NCBI RefSeq assembly: GCF_009914755.1
Contig: NC_060931.1
Strand: one strand, 5' to 3'
DNA length: 64,000 bases
From: the human T2T-CHM13v2.0 reference genome, Homo sapiens
The position numbers were made by a program, and so were the translations under genes. Under the pieces are notes generated by a model. The model made no database searches. It saw only the letters and a program-made list of their open reading frames with translations, and was not told the origin of the DNA. How positions within the stretch are numbered: position 1 is the first letter of the stretch; the number at the start of each line of letters is the position of its first letter. Below are positions 16,610 through 35,770 of this stretch, one piece after another.

Positions 16610-16610
<1 letters not shown>
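15340..16610 (+). mobile_element. Ancient L1M (L1MC/ME-type) 3' region fragment
   Basis: Motifs such as aatctggcagacatcaccttag and atgaatcctggatca typical of old L1M 3'UTRs. Confidence 0.55.
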
Positions 16611-19470
<2,860 letters not shown>

Positions 19471-20027
19471 AACTTTTAAAGTAAAATAAGTAAACAGATA
19501 AAATTATCTTAGTCTAACTAGTCAGCATAAAATCAGTTTGTGACAACATAGTCAACAGTTATGAAAGTGTATGTAAATAAACAGTAGTAGTGTTTTGTTA
19601 CTGTTCATTGATGTGAAAGTACTGTATTACATGAATATGTTAAGTATGCTAAAGACAATAGACTTTGAGTATCTATTAAAAGACTGTACTTTCTTCATCA
19701 AAAAAGGCTAGAGGGCCAATCTTAAGTGATCTTAACTGATACACTTTACTTCCACATTAATATATGCAATGCACATAGCAGGAGAACCTAACTTGAGAAT
19801 CAATACCTCATTAAATTATTAAAAAACTAAAACTACAGAAAAGTGCTTGTTATAACACAAGAGGAACTACCTGAAAATGCATGTTCAGTTGCTTAAATGT
19901 TTTCAAACAAATAAAACTTCTTTGCCAATTATAACTTAAATTCAGCAAATATTTAAATCATCTAATGAATAAATTTGAGTCTTGAAAGATTGTATCATAC
20001 AACCATGTGTACCTTCTTCCTCTAAGT

Positions 20028-23000
20028 CAAAGGTTTTAAAATAATTTTTGGACCCTCAAACCCCTTTAAGCAGTCTAAAGACAGATCCCTTTTCAAAATG
20101 CTTTCAGAAATGCATGAATAAATCAAATCACAAAATTAGTTATCCTGAAATAGTTATCATACTATTACAAGAAAAACAAAGCTATGATATAGTAACAAGT
20201 GTTTCTTTAGTAACACATTAAATAATGAGGATTCAGCAATATAATGACTACCACAATTTCTAAGTAGTGATGAGAATAAGTATTCTGATATATATAACTA
20301 CAATATGATACAAACATCTGTAATTTCTCTAAGTAATAAAGTCATAGATACTAGTTTTGCTGCCTACATTCATAAAAGAAGGAATTGCTAAATTTTAATT
20401 GGAGTGAAACTAGAAAACTAGAAGAGACCGATAAATTCCTGAACACATATCCCCTTCCAAGACTGAACCAGGAAGAAATTCATTCCCTGAACAGACCAAT
20501 AATGAGCTCTACAGTTGAATCAGTAATAAGTAGCCTACCAAACAAAAAATGCCCAGGACCAGATGGATTCACAGAATTCTACAGCTGTAGAATTCTACAA
20601 AGAGCTGGTACCACTCCTACTGAAACTATTCCAAAAGACTGAGGAGGAGGGACTCCTCCCCACCTCATTCTATGAAGCCAGCATCATTCTGATACCAAAC
20701 CTGGCAAAGAAAACAAAAAAAGAAATATCCTTGATGAACACTCATGCAAAAATCCTCAACAAAATACTTGCAAACCAAATCCAGCAGCACATTGAAAAGC
20801 CAATCCACCACAGTCAAGTAGGCTTTATCCCTGGGAAGCCAGGTTGGTTCAACATATGCAAATCAATAAATGTGACTCATCACATAAACAGAACTAAAGA
20901 CAAAAACCACATGATCATCTCAATAGGTGCAGAAAAGGCTTCTGATAAAGTCCAACATCCCTTCATGTTAAAAACTCTCAATAAACTAGGCACTGAAGGA
21001 ATATACCTCAAAATAATGAGTCATCTATGAGATACTCACAGCCAACATTATACTGAATAGGCAAAAGCTGGAAGCACTCCCTTTGAAAACCAGCACATGA
21101 CAAGGATGCCCTCTCACCACTCCTATTCAACATAGTACTGGGAGTCCTGTCCAGAGCAATCGGATAAGAGAAAGAAATAAAGGGCATCCAAATATAATAG
21201 AAAGGAAGTCAAACCATCCCTATTTGCTGATGACATGATGATCCTGTATTTAGAAAACATCATGGTCTTGGCCCAAAAGCACCTTCTGCTGATAAACAAC
21301 TCAAGCAAAGTTTCAGGACACAAAACTCAATGTACAGGAATCACTAGCATTTCTATACACCAGTAAGGCAATCCCATTCACAATTGGCATAAAAAGAATG
21401 AAATACCTAGGAATATGGCTAACCCGGAAGGTGGATGATCTCTAGAATGAGAACTACTGCTCAAAGAAATCAGAGACAACACAAAAAAATGGAAAAACAT
21501 TCCATGTTCATGCATAGGAAGAATCAATATTGTTAAAATGGCCATATTGCCCAAAGCAATTTACAGAGTCAATGCTATACCTATCAAACTACCAATTACA
21601 TTCTTCACAGAACTAGAAAAACTATTTTAAAATTCATATGAAACCCTAGAAAAGTACCCAAATTGCCAAGGCAATCCTAAGCAAAAAGAACAAAGCTGGA
21701 GTCATCACATTATCCAACTTCAAATGATACTACAAAGCTGCTACAGTAAACAAAACAGCATGGTACTGGTAGACAGACGCATAGACCAATGGGACAGAAT
21801 AGAGAGCCCAGAATAAAGCTGCACACCTATGACCATCTGATTTTTGACAAAGCTGACAAAAACAAGCAATGGGGAAAGGACACTGAATAAATGGTGCTGG
21901 GATCAGTGGCTGGCCCTATGCAGAAGATTGAAACTAGACCCCTTCTTGACACCATATACAAAAATCAACTCAAGATGGACTGAAGACTTAAATGTAAAAC
22001 TTAAAACGATAAAAACTTTGGAAGACAACCTGGGCAACACCATTCTGGACATAGGAATATGCAAAGGTTTCATGACTAAGATGTGAAAAGCAATCACAAC
22101 AAAAGCAAAATTTGACAAATGGGATCTAATTAAACTTAAAAGCTTCTGCACAGCAAAAGAAACTACCAACAGAGTAAACAGACTAGCTATAGAATGGGAG
22201 AAAATATTTACAAACTATGCATTGACAAAGGTCCAATATCCAGCATCTATAAAGAACCTAAACAAATTTACAAGAAAAAACAACCCCATTATAAAAAGTG
22301 GGCAAAGGACATAAACAGACACTTCTCAACAGAATACATACACGTGGCCAACAAGTATATTAAAAAAAGCTCAATATCACTGATCATTAGAGAAGTGCAA
22401 ATAAAAACTACAATGAGATACCATCTCACACAAGTCATAATGGTTATTATTAAAAAGTCAATAACAGATGCTGGTGAGTTTGTGTAGAAAAGAAAATGCT
22501 TATACACTGCTAGTGGGAGTGTAAATTAGTTCAACCGTTATGGAAAGCAGTGTGGCGATTCCTCAAATAGCTAAAGCAGAAATACCATTTGACCTAGCAA
22601 TCCTATCACTGGCTGTATACCCAAAGGAATACAAATCATTTTACCATAAAGACACATGCACATGTATGTTCACTGCAGCACTATTGACAGTAGCAAAGAC
22701 GTGGAATCAACCTAAATGCCCATCAATGGTAGACTGGATAAAGAAAATGGAATAGTATTGCAGTCATAAAAAAGAACAATATAATGTCCATTGCAGGAAC
22801 ATGGATGGAGCTGGAGGCCATCATACTTAGCAAACTACTGCAGAACAGAAAACCAAATAGTGCATGTTTTCACTTATAAGTGATGAGAACACAAGGACAT
22901 AAAGAGAAAAACAACAGACACTGGGGCCTACTTTAAGGGCAGAGGTCAGGAGGAGGGAGAAGGTCAGAAAAAATAACTGTTGGGTACTAGGTTTAGCACC

Positions 23001-23450
23001 TGGGTAACAAAACAATCTGTACAACTTTTTTTTTTTTTTTTGCATGAGAGAAACAATTCTTTTACATTAATGCTAGGTATAGCTATCCTGGTTTCTCTCC
23101 AATTTACAAGTTCTTACAGGATTTGTAATCATACTTAGCAAACTAATGCAGAAACAGAAAACCAAATAGTGCATGTTCTCACTTATAAGTGATGAGGACG
23201 TATGGATATAAAGAGGGAAACAACAGACACTGGGGCCTACTTGAGGGTAGAGGATGGGAGGAGGAAGAAGATCAGAAAAAATAACTATTGGATATTAGGC
23301 TTAGTACCCGGGTGGCAAAGTCATCTGTGACATGAATTTATCTATATAACAAACCTGCACGTGTTCTCCTGAGCCTAAAATGTAAGTTAAAAAGAGGTGA
23401 ATGAAAAAGATTTTTCTCTTGCTGTTCATGGACCCCATAAAGGGTTAAGT
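20028..23450. mobile_element. MER119 (hAT-Charlie) split by an L1 (pieces about 20028-20407 and 23393-23450)
   Basis: ttgctgcctacattcataaaagaaggaattgctaaatttt, resuming after the L1 with gttcatggacccc...ggttaag. Confidence 0.75.
20408..23392 (+). mobile_element. 5'-truncated older L1PA (about PA11-14) with duplicated 3' segment
   Basis: ORF2 remnants (20385-20642, 20563-21030, 21844-22086, 22540-22755); the 3' segment is present twice. Confidence 0.9.
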
Positions 23451-23913
23451 GTCAAATGAAGTAAACCTGGACAGGTTCATTTCACACAGAAAAGGCTGTC
23501 AAATAAAAATCATTTTAAAGGAATGGAGCAACTTTCTAGGGAACCTACGGTGATGAGCTAAATATGTGGCCAACTTCTAACGAGTACACCAGCATTTTCA
23601 CTGGTTTATATTAATCTCACTTCTGGTTCCATATTCATACATTTTATTTTCCTCATTTAAAAAATTGTATCTGTTTTTATAAGCCACTGTATGCTTTTTG
23701 GAATATGAGCATTCTAGAAATTTTCTGCAAATTAAATAGTTAATACCTAATATAAATATGAATAAAATTAAACTGAATTACTCATTTTTCCCATTTTAAT
23801 TACTGCTTATAATTGTTTCTCAAGAGAGAATTCTTTTACATTAATGCTATGTATAGCTACCCTGGTTTCTCTTAGATTTACTCTTGGTAAGTTCTTACAG
23901 GATTTGTAATCAT
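22820..23913 (+). repeat. Local duplication: A (22820-23025), T16, B' (23046-23132), A' (23128-23328) ... B (23824-23913)
   Basis: Direct visual alignment of both pairs; ATCAT microhomology at the B'/A' junction. Confidence 0.88.
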
Positions 23914-24376
23914 GTAGTCCAAAATAAATCATTCTATAAGAACTACTTTCACATCAAGATAACTTTTATGTATGGAATCAACAACATTGATAAAGACTAA
24001 ATTCCAGCACTAATCCTTATGCAAATTCTCACAGCATAATTTTACTTAGGGGAAAAATCTTATTTGCAAGTTAAATGGCAAAGTTTGTGGTTAGATATCT
24101 GGATTTCAAAAAAATTGCCTTAGCAAATTAAGAATAAATGATTTAACAGCAGAAATACTCAAATGGTACAACAGGATCTTTATTTTTCTTGATAATCCTA
24201 ATTGAACTATTCTTTCTTACTACAATTAAAGGACCTGGAAATTCCAGTATTTTGTTATCCAAACTCTATTTCAGATTACCTTTTATTCACAGAGTACTAC
24301 CCACCAAACATACATAAGATAAACCTGTGTCAGATCATAATTTGTAATTTTTGATGTGGAAAATATTACAACTATA

Positions 24377-24667
24377 GGCCAGGCATGGTGGCTCATGCCT
24401 GTAATCCCAGCATTTTGAGAAGCCGAGGCGGGCGGATCACCTGAGGTTGGAAGTTTGAGACCAGCCTGACCAATGTGGAGAAACCCTGTCTCTACTAAAA
24501 ATACAAAATTAGCTGGGCATGGTGGCACATGCCTGTAATCCTAGCTACTCAGGAGGCTGAGGCGGGAGAATTGCTTGAACGCGGGAGGCGGAGGTTGCGG
24601 TGAGCCAAGATTGCGCCACTGCACTCCAGCTTGGGGAACAAGAGTGAAACTCTGTCTCAAAAGAAAA
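24377..24667 (+). mobile_element. AluSp
   Basis: ggagaaaccc, gttgcggtgag and aacaagagtgaaac diagnostics; 16-bp TSD gaaaatattacaacta. Confidence 0.92.
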
Positions 24668-24735
24668 GAAAATATTACAACTACAAGGACTGTCAACCTA
24701 GAAGCCCAAGTTCTAAAAACAGAAATATGAGTATA

Positions 24736-25041
24736 GGCCAGGTGCTGTGGCTCATGCCTGTAACCCTAGTGCTTTTGGGAGGCTAGGGCAGGAGGACTGC
24801 TTGAGACCAGAAGTTCAAGACCAGCACAGACCACATAGCTAGTCACTGTCTCTTCAAAAAATTTAAAAAATTAAAAAATTAGCATTACAGGTCATGGTAG
24901 TGCATGCCTGTAGCCCTAGCTACTCAAGAGGCTGAGGTGGGAGGATCGCTTGAGCTCAGGAATTAGAGGCTATACTGAGCTATGATCATGCTACTGAGCT
25001 CCAGCCTGGGCAACAGAGTGAGACTCTGTATCTTAAAAAAA
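24736..25041 (+). mobile_element. AluJ
   Basis: ggaggatcgcttgagctcagg and gagctatgat J-type motifs. Confidence 0.9.
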
Positions 25042-25229
25042 TTTTCTTCTGAAAGACAATAAATAATAGAGGCTTATATTAAGTAACTATAATTATAAAT
25101 ATATAGCTATTGAAACTTTCTCAGTTTAGAAATCATTTTCATTTGAAATTTAGTGAAAAAGTATTTCAAATCTATAAAAATTCAAGTACCTTTAGCATCA
25201 TTAAAAATACTTTACATGTATACATACCT

Positions 25230-25560
25230 ATAATTTGACAAACATTATTGAATACCTATTCTATCTGTTAGCCTGTTTCAGAGCTTGAGATATAAAGTTG
25301 AGTAAGAGAGTCCAGATACTCAAGAAATTAGTCCAGTGAAGAAGACACAAGTGTAAACAGTGCAATGTTTGCATTAGGTAGACGAGTATACAAAATCTTA
25401 CAGGAGTAGAACACTCAGAGAAGGGAAGGGAAACTCAGAGCGCTGGAGCCTGCAGAATAAGCAAGGTTTTCCCAGGATCAAATGGAGGGGGATGGTGGAG
25501 AGTAAAGGAGAAGACTATTGAGGTGGGTGACTATCATTCTAGTCAGAAATCATAGTTAAC
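25230..25560 (-). mobile_element. L2 3' fragment
   Basis: caaacattattgaatacctat... L2 tail motif. Confidence 0.55.
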
Positions 25561-25688
25561 TGAAAAGGTGTATGTTTCCAATCAGGTATGGACTTTCCAC
25601 AGACTCTCTGAATCTCATTATAAAAGTGCCTTTTGAAATGTTGTGCAGTCACTTATTTCACTATATTTCTTTAAAAATTCTCCAATGC

Positions 25689-25953
<265 letters not shown>

Positions 25954-26194
25954 TTATTTAGTACTACTTTTTTCCCCTACCCTTAACATTGCTTTAAAAC
26001 TCACTTTGATTTTAAAAGTATTTTAAAAAAAGAAAATATCTTAAATGGTTCTTTCATTGGTTTCTGCAAGATTATTAAATCCAATTCTGCTACCACAAAT
26101 AAACACACATATGTATATGGCAGTAGTTTTCAAACCAACTTATGCTTTAATATAAAAAAATCACAATGTAATTTCCCTTCACAGAAATAGAAAA

Positions 26195-26383
26195 TAGTTT
26201 GGTACAGTAAAAAAAGGCTCTGGAGACAGATAATCAACAGAGCTCTCTCTATCTTTACCTACACTTTACTAGTATGTGACCTTAGAAATTTTACTTATCT
26301 TCTTTAGGTCTCAGTTTCTTCATCCATGAAATGAGGGGGTAGAAGTAGATGACCTCCAAAGACCATTCTAACTATACAATTTT
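26195..26383 (+). mobile_element. MIR (MIR3/MIRc-like)
   Basis: tgtgaccttag...ctcagtttcttcatccatgaaatgagggg...agatgacctccaaag. Confidence 0.75.
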
Positions 26384-29493
<3,110 letters not shown>

Positions 29494-31929
29494 TAATTAT
29501 AAAATTTTTGGTCAGCCCTTGACAGAATAAAATATCACTCTCTTGCCCAATTCTAGTTTTTCTATATCAACTTGCAGCGGTAAATTATTTAAAAAATCAC
29601 TCTCTAGTAAATTAGGAACCACATTTCATGAAAATCTAATTTGTCATGTTAATATACATCTAACAGCAGCAAAGCTCTAACAAGAACCTTTCTTAGTGTG
29701 TCATATATTGAATAAAAACTGGTGTAATCCTGGCACTGTCAGATCCAATGATAATGAACCAGAGTTTCTTTCACTGCCTCAACATGGAATCAAGAGTGTA
29801 AAGAGACTCTGTCACCGAGAAGCAAAAGACTCTCTAAAGGACAACGAACTAAAATGCTGTTAGGCTGGTTTCTCTTTTCAGCATATCTGCCCTACATTTC
29901 ATTTGCATTTTGTAAAGTGATAAAACACACTAATTGGAAAACAAAGCTTGGCTAAAAAGTTTATTTCTGTTATGCTGCCTCTACATTTTAATGCTACTTT
30001 GAAATGTTCATTTATATTCCTTAAATTTTCACTTCTGATTCTTTAGACAAATTTATGCAGATAATCTTAAAACTGCATTATTTAAAAATATTTTTATAAC
30101 TTAAGAATTTACAGCCCTTATAACTTCATTTGACATTTTTTCCTTTATTCAGCGGAAAAGAATTGAGGAAATACCCTTGGTATATATAATGATGTATATA
30201 AGCTATTCAAATTATAATTTTCTACTTAAATTTAAATTTCATATACAGTTTTTAACTCAATATTGTCTTTTCTTTTCCAAAACAGAGTTCAAGATCGTAT
30301 TTCTTTACTCTCGCCCCCTTGATTCCCACCCTGCTGGTTATGTATTTTAATAAGGAAATATAGGATTTTTATTTCCTACATAATTTTGTTTGGTGTGTGG
30401 CCAGTGCTGACAACAGCATTTTGAACTACTCAAGACATGTTAAGAAAGAGCTGTAATTCTAAGTAAGCTTTTTTTGCTTATTGAGTAAGAAAACCTGGCA
30501 ATATTTACCCAAGTATGTAGTTTACAGTAGCTTTTTTGTTGTTTTTTCAAAGTGCTCTCTACAGAGCCAGAGGCATTCTCTAGAGTCAGTGAAGGGCCAG
30601 CAAAGGCAGATATGGGAGATAACAGTAGGCTATAACTTTTATAACCTTCAACCAGAACAGCAATTTTGATTCATATGGTGGGCTTCCATAAAAGGTTTCT
30701 TCTGAATAAAGATTCTATGGTTAAAATACTTTGAAATCAATGATCTAGGCCTTATTTATCATCTCTGCTGCTTTGAAGTAGGGGAATGAGAAAAATAGGT
30801 TTCTATTTCGTATCTTTTAGAGCAGGGAAAATTCAAAAAGAAAATGCGTTGAGAGTCAGTTTGTACACAGCATTGTCACTTCTTGAATTGATGACAGTCA
30901 TACACATGAGAAATTTTTCTAATGTCCACTTTTGGGGCTGTTAGATGAGAAGTGGGTAAAATTTATTACTAGATACCTGAGATGACATAAAATCATTAGT
31001 TCCTCTTGTCTCAGTCATTTAAGGAACAGCAGAAAAAAATAGTTAGAAAATATCTGACTCTGCATGAGACTAGGCTTATTCTCATTTATTTGGCAACTTA
31101 CCCTTAGCATTTTTCATATAATCCATTTCATTTCTGTATGCATAAAAAAATCCCTGAAATACTGACTGGTTAAAGATTATTGGTTTTGATTGCAATGTGT
31201 AAGCCAGAAAACAGCTTCTCCTCTGTGTTTTGGTGATTAGGAAATAAAAAATTCATTGCAAGAGGTAAGTGTGGTGATCAAAGGTTACTTATGGGCTAAA
31301 CAACCTGCACAAAGTAGATGAAAAAAATTCTGCCTATCATACCATACTTAAGCTTTAACAAGAAAAGAAGGGAACCAGATATTGGCTCATAGAATTAATG
31401 ATTTATATCTGAAAAAAGTTTTTCTCAAAGAGCATTTCATGAAATAGTCTTGCAAGAAGCTCTTTAGTCAATAGGTCAATGAATGTAGGAAATGTATTCT
31501 CTTTTTGAAAAGCTACACAAAGAATGTAACCGTCTAATAGCTGTATGGTTAAGGAACTTAATTTCTTTAGTCCAATGTTTCCCCAAATTTATTTTGCTGA
31601 CAAACTCCCTTTTCAAGAACATATTACTATCTTACAGACCTTTTCTGGAAAATTGAGACCAGAGATCTGAGAATAGAGGCTTCTTAACAAAGGCAAGTAT
31701 ATCTGGTTTCTAAGTAAAATATCTGGAAAAAACAAAAGGATAACCCAGAAACTCCATATACAGAGCTCAGAGAAAGGTATAAAGAATTAAGTAAAAAGAT
31801 CTTAGCTATGGCTTTTTTCCCGTAGATGTCCAGATTCCTGCTCTTATTGAGAATATTCTTTGTGTTGCTATCATCATGAATATCATTACCATATAACAAT
31901 GACAGCGGCCACTGCAGCAGCAATGCAAA

Positions 31930-32060
31930 GTTCTTATCAGTAGGTACTACTACTCTCATTTTATAGATGAGGAGACTAAGTCTTAATACACCAAAGGTCA
32001 TATGGCTAATAAGTGATTTCAGATGGGATTAAAATATTTAGCAGCCTGAGCTTTTAATAC
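31930..32060 (-). mobile_element. MIR fragment
   Basis: ctcattttatagatgaggagactaag core. Confidence 0.65.
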
Positions 32061-32191
32061 TTATGCTTTCTATATCTAATATAGAAGGAAATGGCAGTTT
32101 GGATACATCTTAATCGTTTTCCATGCATAAGATTAATATACAATGGAAATATATACTATGAATGTTATACTTCACTTTGAAAACAACCCTA

Positions 32192-32782
32192 GGTATTAGG
32201 TTTTTATTGCTGGGTAACAAACTACCACAAACTTAACTTTAAAACGACACCCAATTCCATAGGTCAAAAGTGCAGGCAGGCATGGCTGGTACTCTTTTTA
32301 GACTCTAATAAAGCTGAAACCAAGGTGTCAGCTGGTCTGGGCTCTTATCTAGGGACTATGTGGTATAGAATCTATTTCAAGCCTCATTCAGGTTTTTGGC
32401 AGAATCTAGTTTAGCGTGGATGTAGGACTGAGGTCCCTGTTTCCTTGCTGGCTGGCTGCTGGGAGTCATTCTCAGCTTCTGGAGGCCACCCATATTTCTT
32501 AGATCACTGCCCCCTCCGTTTTCAAAGCCAATAGCACATTAAATCCTTCTTATGTTTCAAATCTCCCTGACACCCTCTTTTCCCCTCCTCTTCTGCTAAA
32601 TCTGAAGAAAGTTCTTGGTTTTTAAGGACTTAGGTGATTAGGTTAAGTTTACCCAGATAATCTATTTTAAGTAAATTGATTCTGTAAAATCATTTCGGCA
32701 GTACCTAGATTAGCATTTGACTGAATTAACAAGGAATAACAATTTTGGAAGCGGGGGCATCTTCAGAATCTTGCCTACCTCA
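32192..32782 (-). mobile_element. MLT1E-type solo LTR
   Basis: gtattagg...gtaacaaactaccacaaactta...tgtaggactgaggtccctgtttccttgctgg...cagaatcttgcctacctca. Confidence 0.8.
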
Positions 32783-33136
32783 CCATGCTTGGGGGAGATT
32801 AAAAAAAAAAAACTTTTACTTTCTATTAGCCACTAATAGTTTTAGAAGTTTATTCAGAATTTTTACTTTTGTGGTTAGAGAGTGACATGGAAATACTGAG
32901 ACTTAAGTGTTTCGTGTGTGTATATGTGCGCACATTTGCTAATAAAAACCCGGAACTTTATGTTGTTTCTTTGAAGCCATGAATATAAACGAGTATACAA
33001 CTAACTCAGAAATTCAGTTAAATGAATGTCATTTTGATTGGACTGTTACAAAATGAAGAAAAATCACAATGGCAGTAGAAATTAATACCCGAATTATAGA
33101 CTTTTTAAAAAAGAAAAGTGTATTATTTTTATTTAC

Positions 33137-33417
33137 TTTTTTTTTCTTTTTTTTTTTTCGAGACCGAGTGTCACTCTGTTGCCCAGGCTGGGGTGCAGTG
33201 GCGTGATTTTGGCTCATTGCAACCTCTGCCTCCCAGGTTCAAGCAGTTGTCATGCCTCAGCCACCTGAGTAGCCAGGACTACTGGCGTGAGCCACCACGC
33301 CCAGCTAATTTTTGTATTTTTAGTAGAGATGGGGTTTCACCTTATTGGCCAGGCTGGTCTCGAACTCCTGAGCTCAGATGATCTACCTGCCTCGGCCTCC
33401 CAAAGTGCTGGGATTAC
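33137..33417 (-). mobile_element. AluS, about 25 nt 5'-truncated
   Basis: Ends at gctgggattac; TSD ttatttactt. Confidence 0.9.
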
Positions 33418-33969
33418 TTATTTACTTCTTTGAGGATGTAAAGAAGCAAATACCAGCTTAGCAGCACTGACCTCTGCATATCTTTTTTGCTATAGTTTTG
33501 AAGTATTTGAAAAAGTTGCATTCAAAATTAACAACTTTTGCAAATAACAGAAAACATAAGGGAATATTAATATTTTGATTATCTCAAATAATGTTCCTGT
33601 ACAAGAAAACTACGTGATGTAAAAATATTTATTGTCCAAATGTATTTACATATTTAATTCAATTTAAATGAGTATCTCCTAAAACAATTCTTTTTGAACT
33701 AAAAGAAATGAGGAAAAATCAGAAATTAAACAATATTCAAAACTATATAGTAAATAAAACTGAACAAAGGAACAGAATACAGATAGCTTCAGCTCCATCT
33801 ATAAACTTATCTGATAAGTTAGGTTCATTCATTCCCTAAATCACATATACACATAAACCTCAGGTAAATTGGTATTGAGTTACATATAATCTGAACACAA
33901 AGTATTTAATATACAGAGTTTATGCTAAAGAAAAAAAATAATGAAGTCAGCAGTAAAATGTTCTTTTAA

Positions 33970-34282
<313 letters not shown>

Positions 34283-35770
34283 ATGTTCTTTTAATCTTTA
34301 CAGCACTAAAATAAAACCACAAAACAATGGTTTGAATAAAAATATAAACAAACCCAATAAGAAAGTAAAAAACAAACTGAAAGCCATTAATACTAATCTA
34401 TATTAGAAATCACAAAACAAATACAAACATGTATCTAAAGTCATAAATTGCAAAAACTATAAAATTTACATATACACAATCATCACACACCAGTGACAAA
34501 ATGAAAAAGTTTCAGAGCTGTGCTGATCTATATTGTGTCTTTGCATCACAGAAGAAGAATTTAGAAGAAAAGGTACCCCCAGCTTCTTCAAATAAAAATG
34601 TTAAGTTAGTCTATTCTGTATAAACTAAAGAACTGTATGCAATGGCCCAAGTTGCCTGCCCAGAGAGGCTTTCCAGAGCCCATGAAGAAGCAACCTGGCT
34701 GTGCAAATGTGTGTCACACATACCCTGAACCTGTAAGTGCACACACTGCCAGCAACCTATGACATCCCAGTAAGATGAGCTTGTCAGGGTCAGAGTAGGA
34801 GGTGAGCAAACACTGGGCATCCTAGAGCAGCAAGTAGGTCAGGGAGATGTCCCCTGGGATGCACAATATGGCTGGGAAAGAGGAAGCAATGCTATGAGTA
34901 TTTGGGTAATAAATGATGATGGTCTTTTTTGTTGCTCCAGGGCTGGGTTAGGAGGCAGGACCACCATTTGTTCTTATTTAAGTCAGTATAAACATCTACC
35001 CATGTGAATGGCTTACTCCTTGGATGTGGCTAACTTGTGTGGTGTGGAGTCTGAATACTATTAGTGGCAACCTTTTAAATTACTTTTAAATCAAAATGAA
35101 AATATTTAGTAAGAACTATGAAACATTCATAGTCTTTGAACTGCAATGTTACTATAAATTTTCTCTTAAGGATAACATGATAGAAACAAAGACATGAAGC
35201 ATGAACTTGATTATACAGCCATTAAAAATAAACATGAAGACCACACTAGATACAGAATGTTTACCCTGACAGTAAAAACAGAATATAAATATACAGATTT
35301 TGAAAGCAGCAATGTAAAAACATATAAGAAAATAGAAGATAATAGTAATTCTGAGATAGTAAAATCATTACAGAATATTTTTTAAATTCTATAATTTTTA
35401 AAATAAAAATCAAGTTGTTATTCTTAAATGCTTAAATACTTCTTATTTATTTGTTAAAAATCCTTTTTCCAGTTAGCAAAGATAAATTTTTGATTAGATG
35501 TTAATCATAAATTCAAACTAATGTGATTTTAATATATGTCAGTGATTTACTTGTGAAAGTGTATATACTTAATGAAACATTTGGCTTTCAAGTTTTAACA
35601 AGGCTATTTGTACAGGGTGTCCACTCCTATGTTCCTAAAAGTAGAGAATATATAATATTACTTACAAGTGTGGGAAGCCAGTATCAGAACTTCTATTTAT
35701 CTGTGATTTTAATTTCTGAAAGAAATGAAGCTGTACTGATATTTAATACATGAAATGACACTTCAGACCC

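Noticed and set aside
22820-23330. L1 3' transduction as the explanation for the non-L1 insert
   Set aside because: The insert matches the local downstream flank, is preceded by poly(T) rather than followed by poly(A), and is followed by a second L1 3' copy; local duplication fits better.
31095-31155. Strong minus-strand donor AGG|GTAAGT with 32- or 52-nt possible exons
   Set aside because: Acceptor context is poor or ambiguous; indistinguishable from a chance pseudo-exon.
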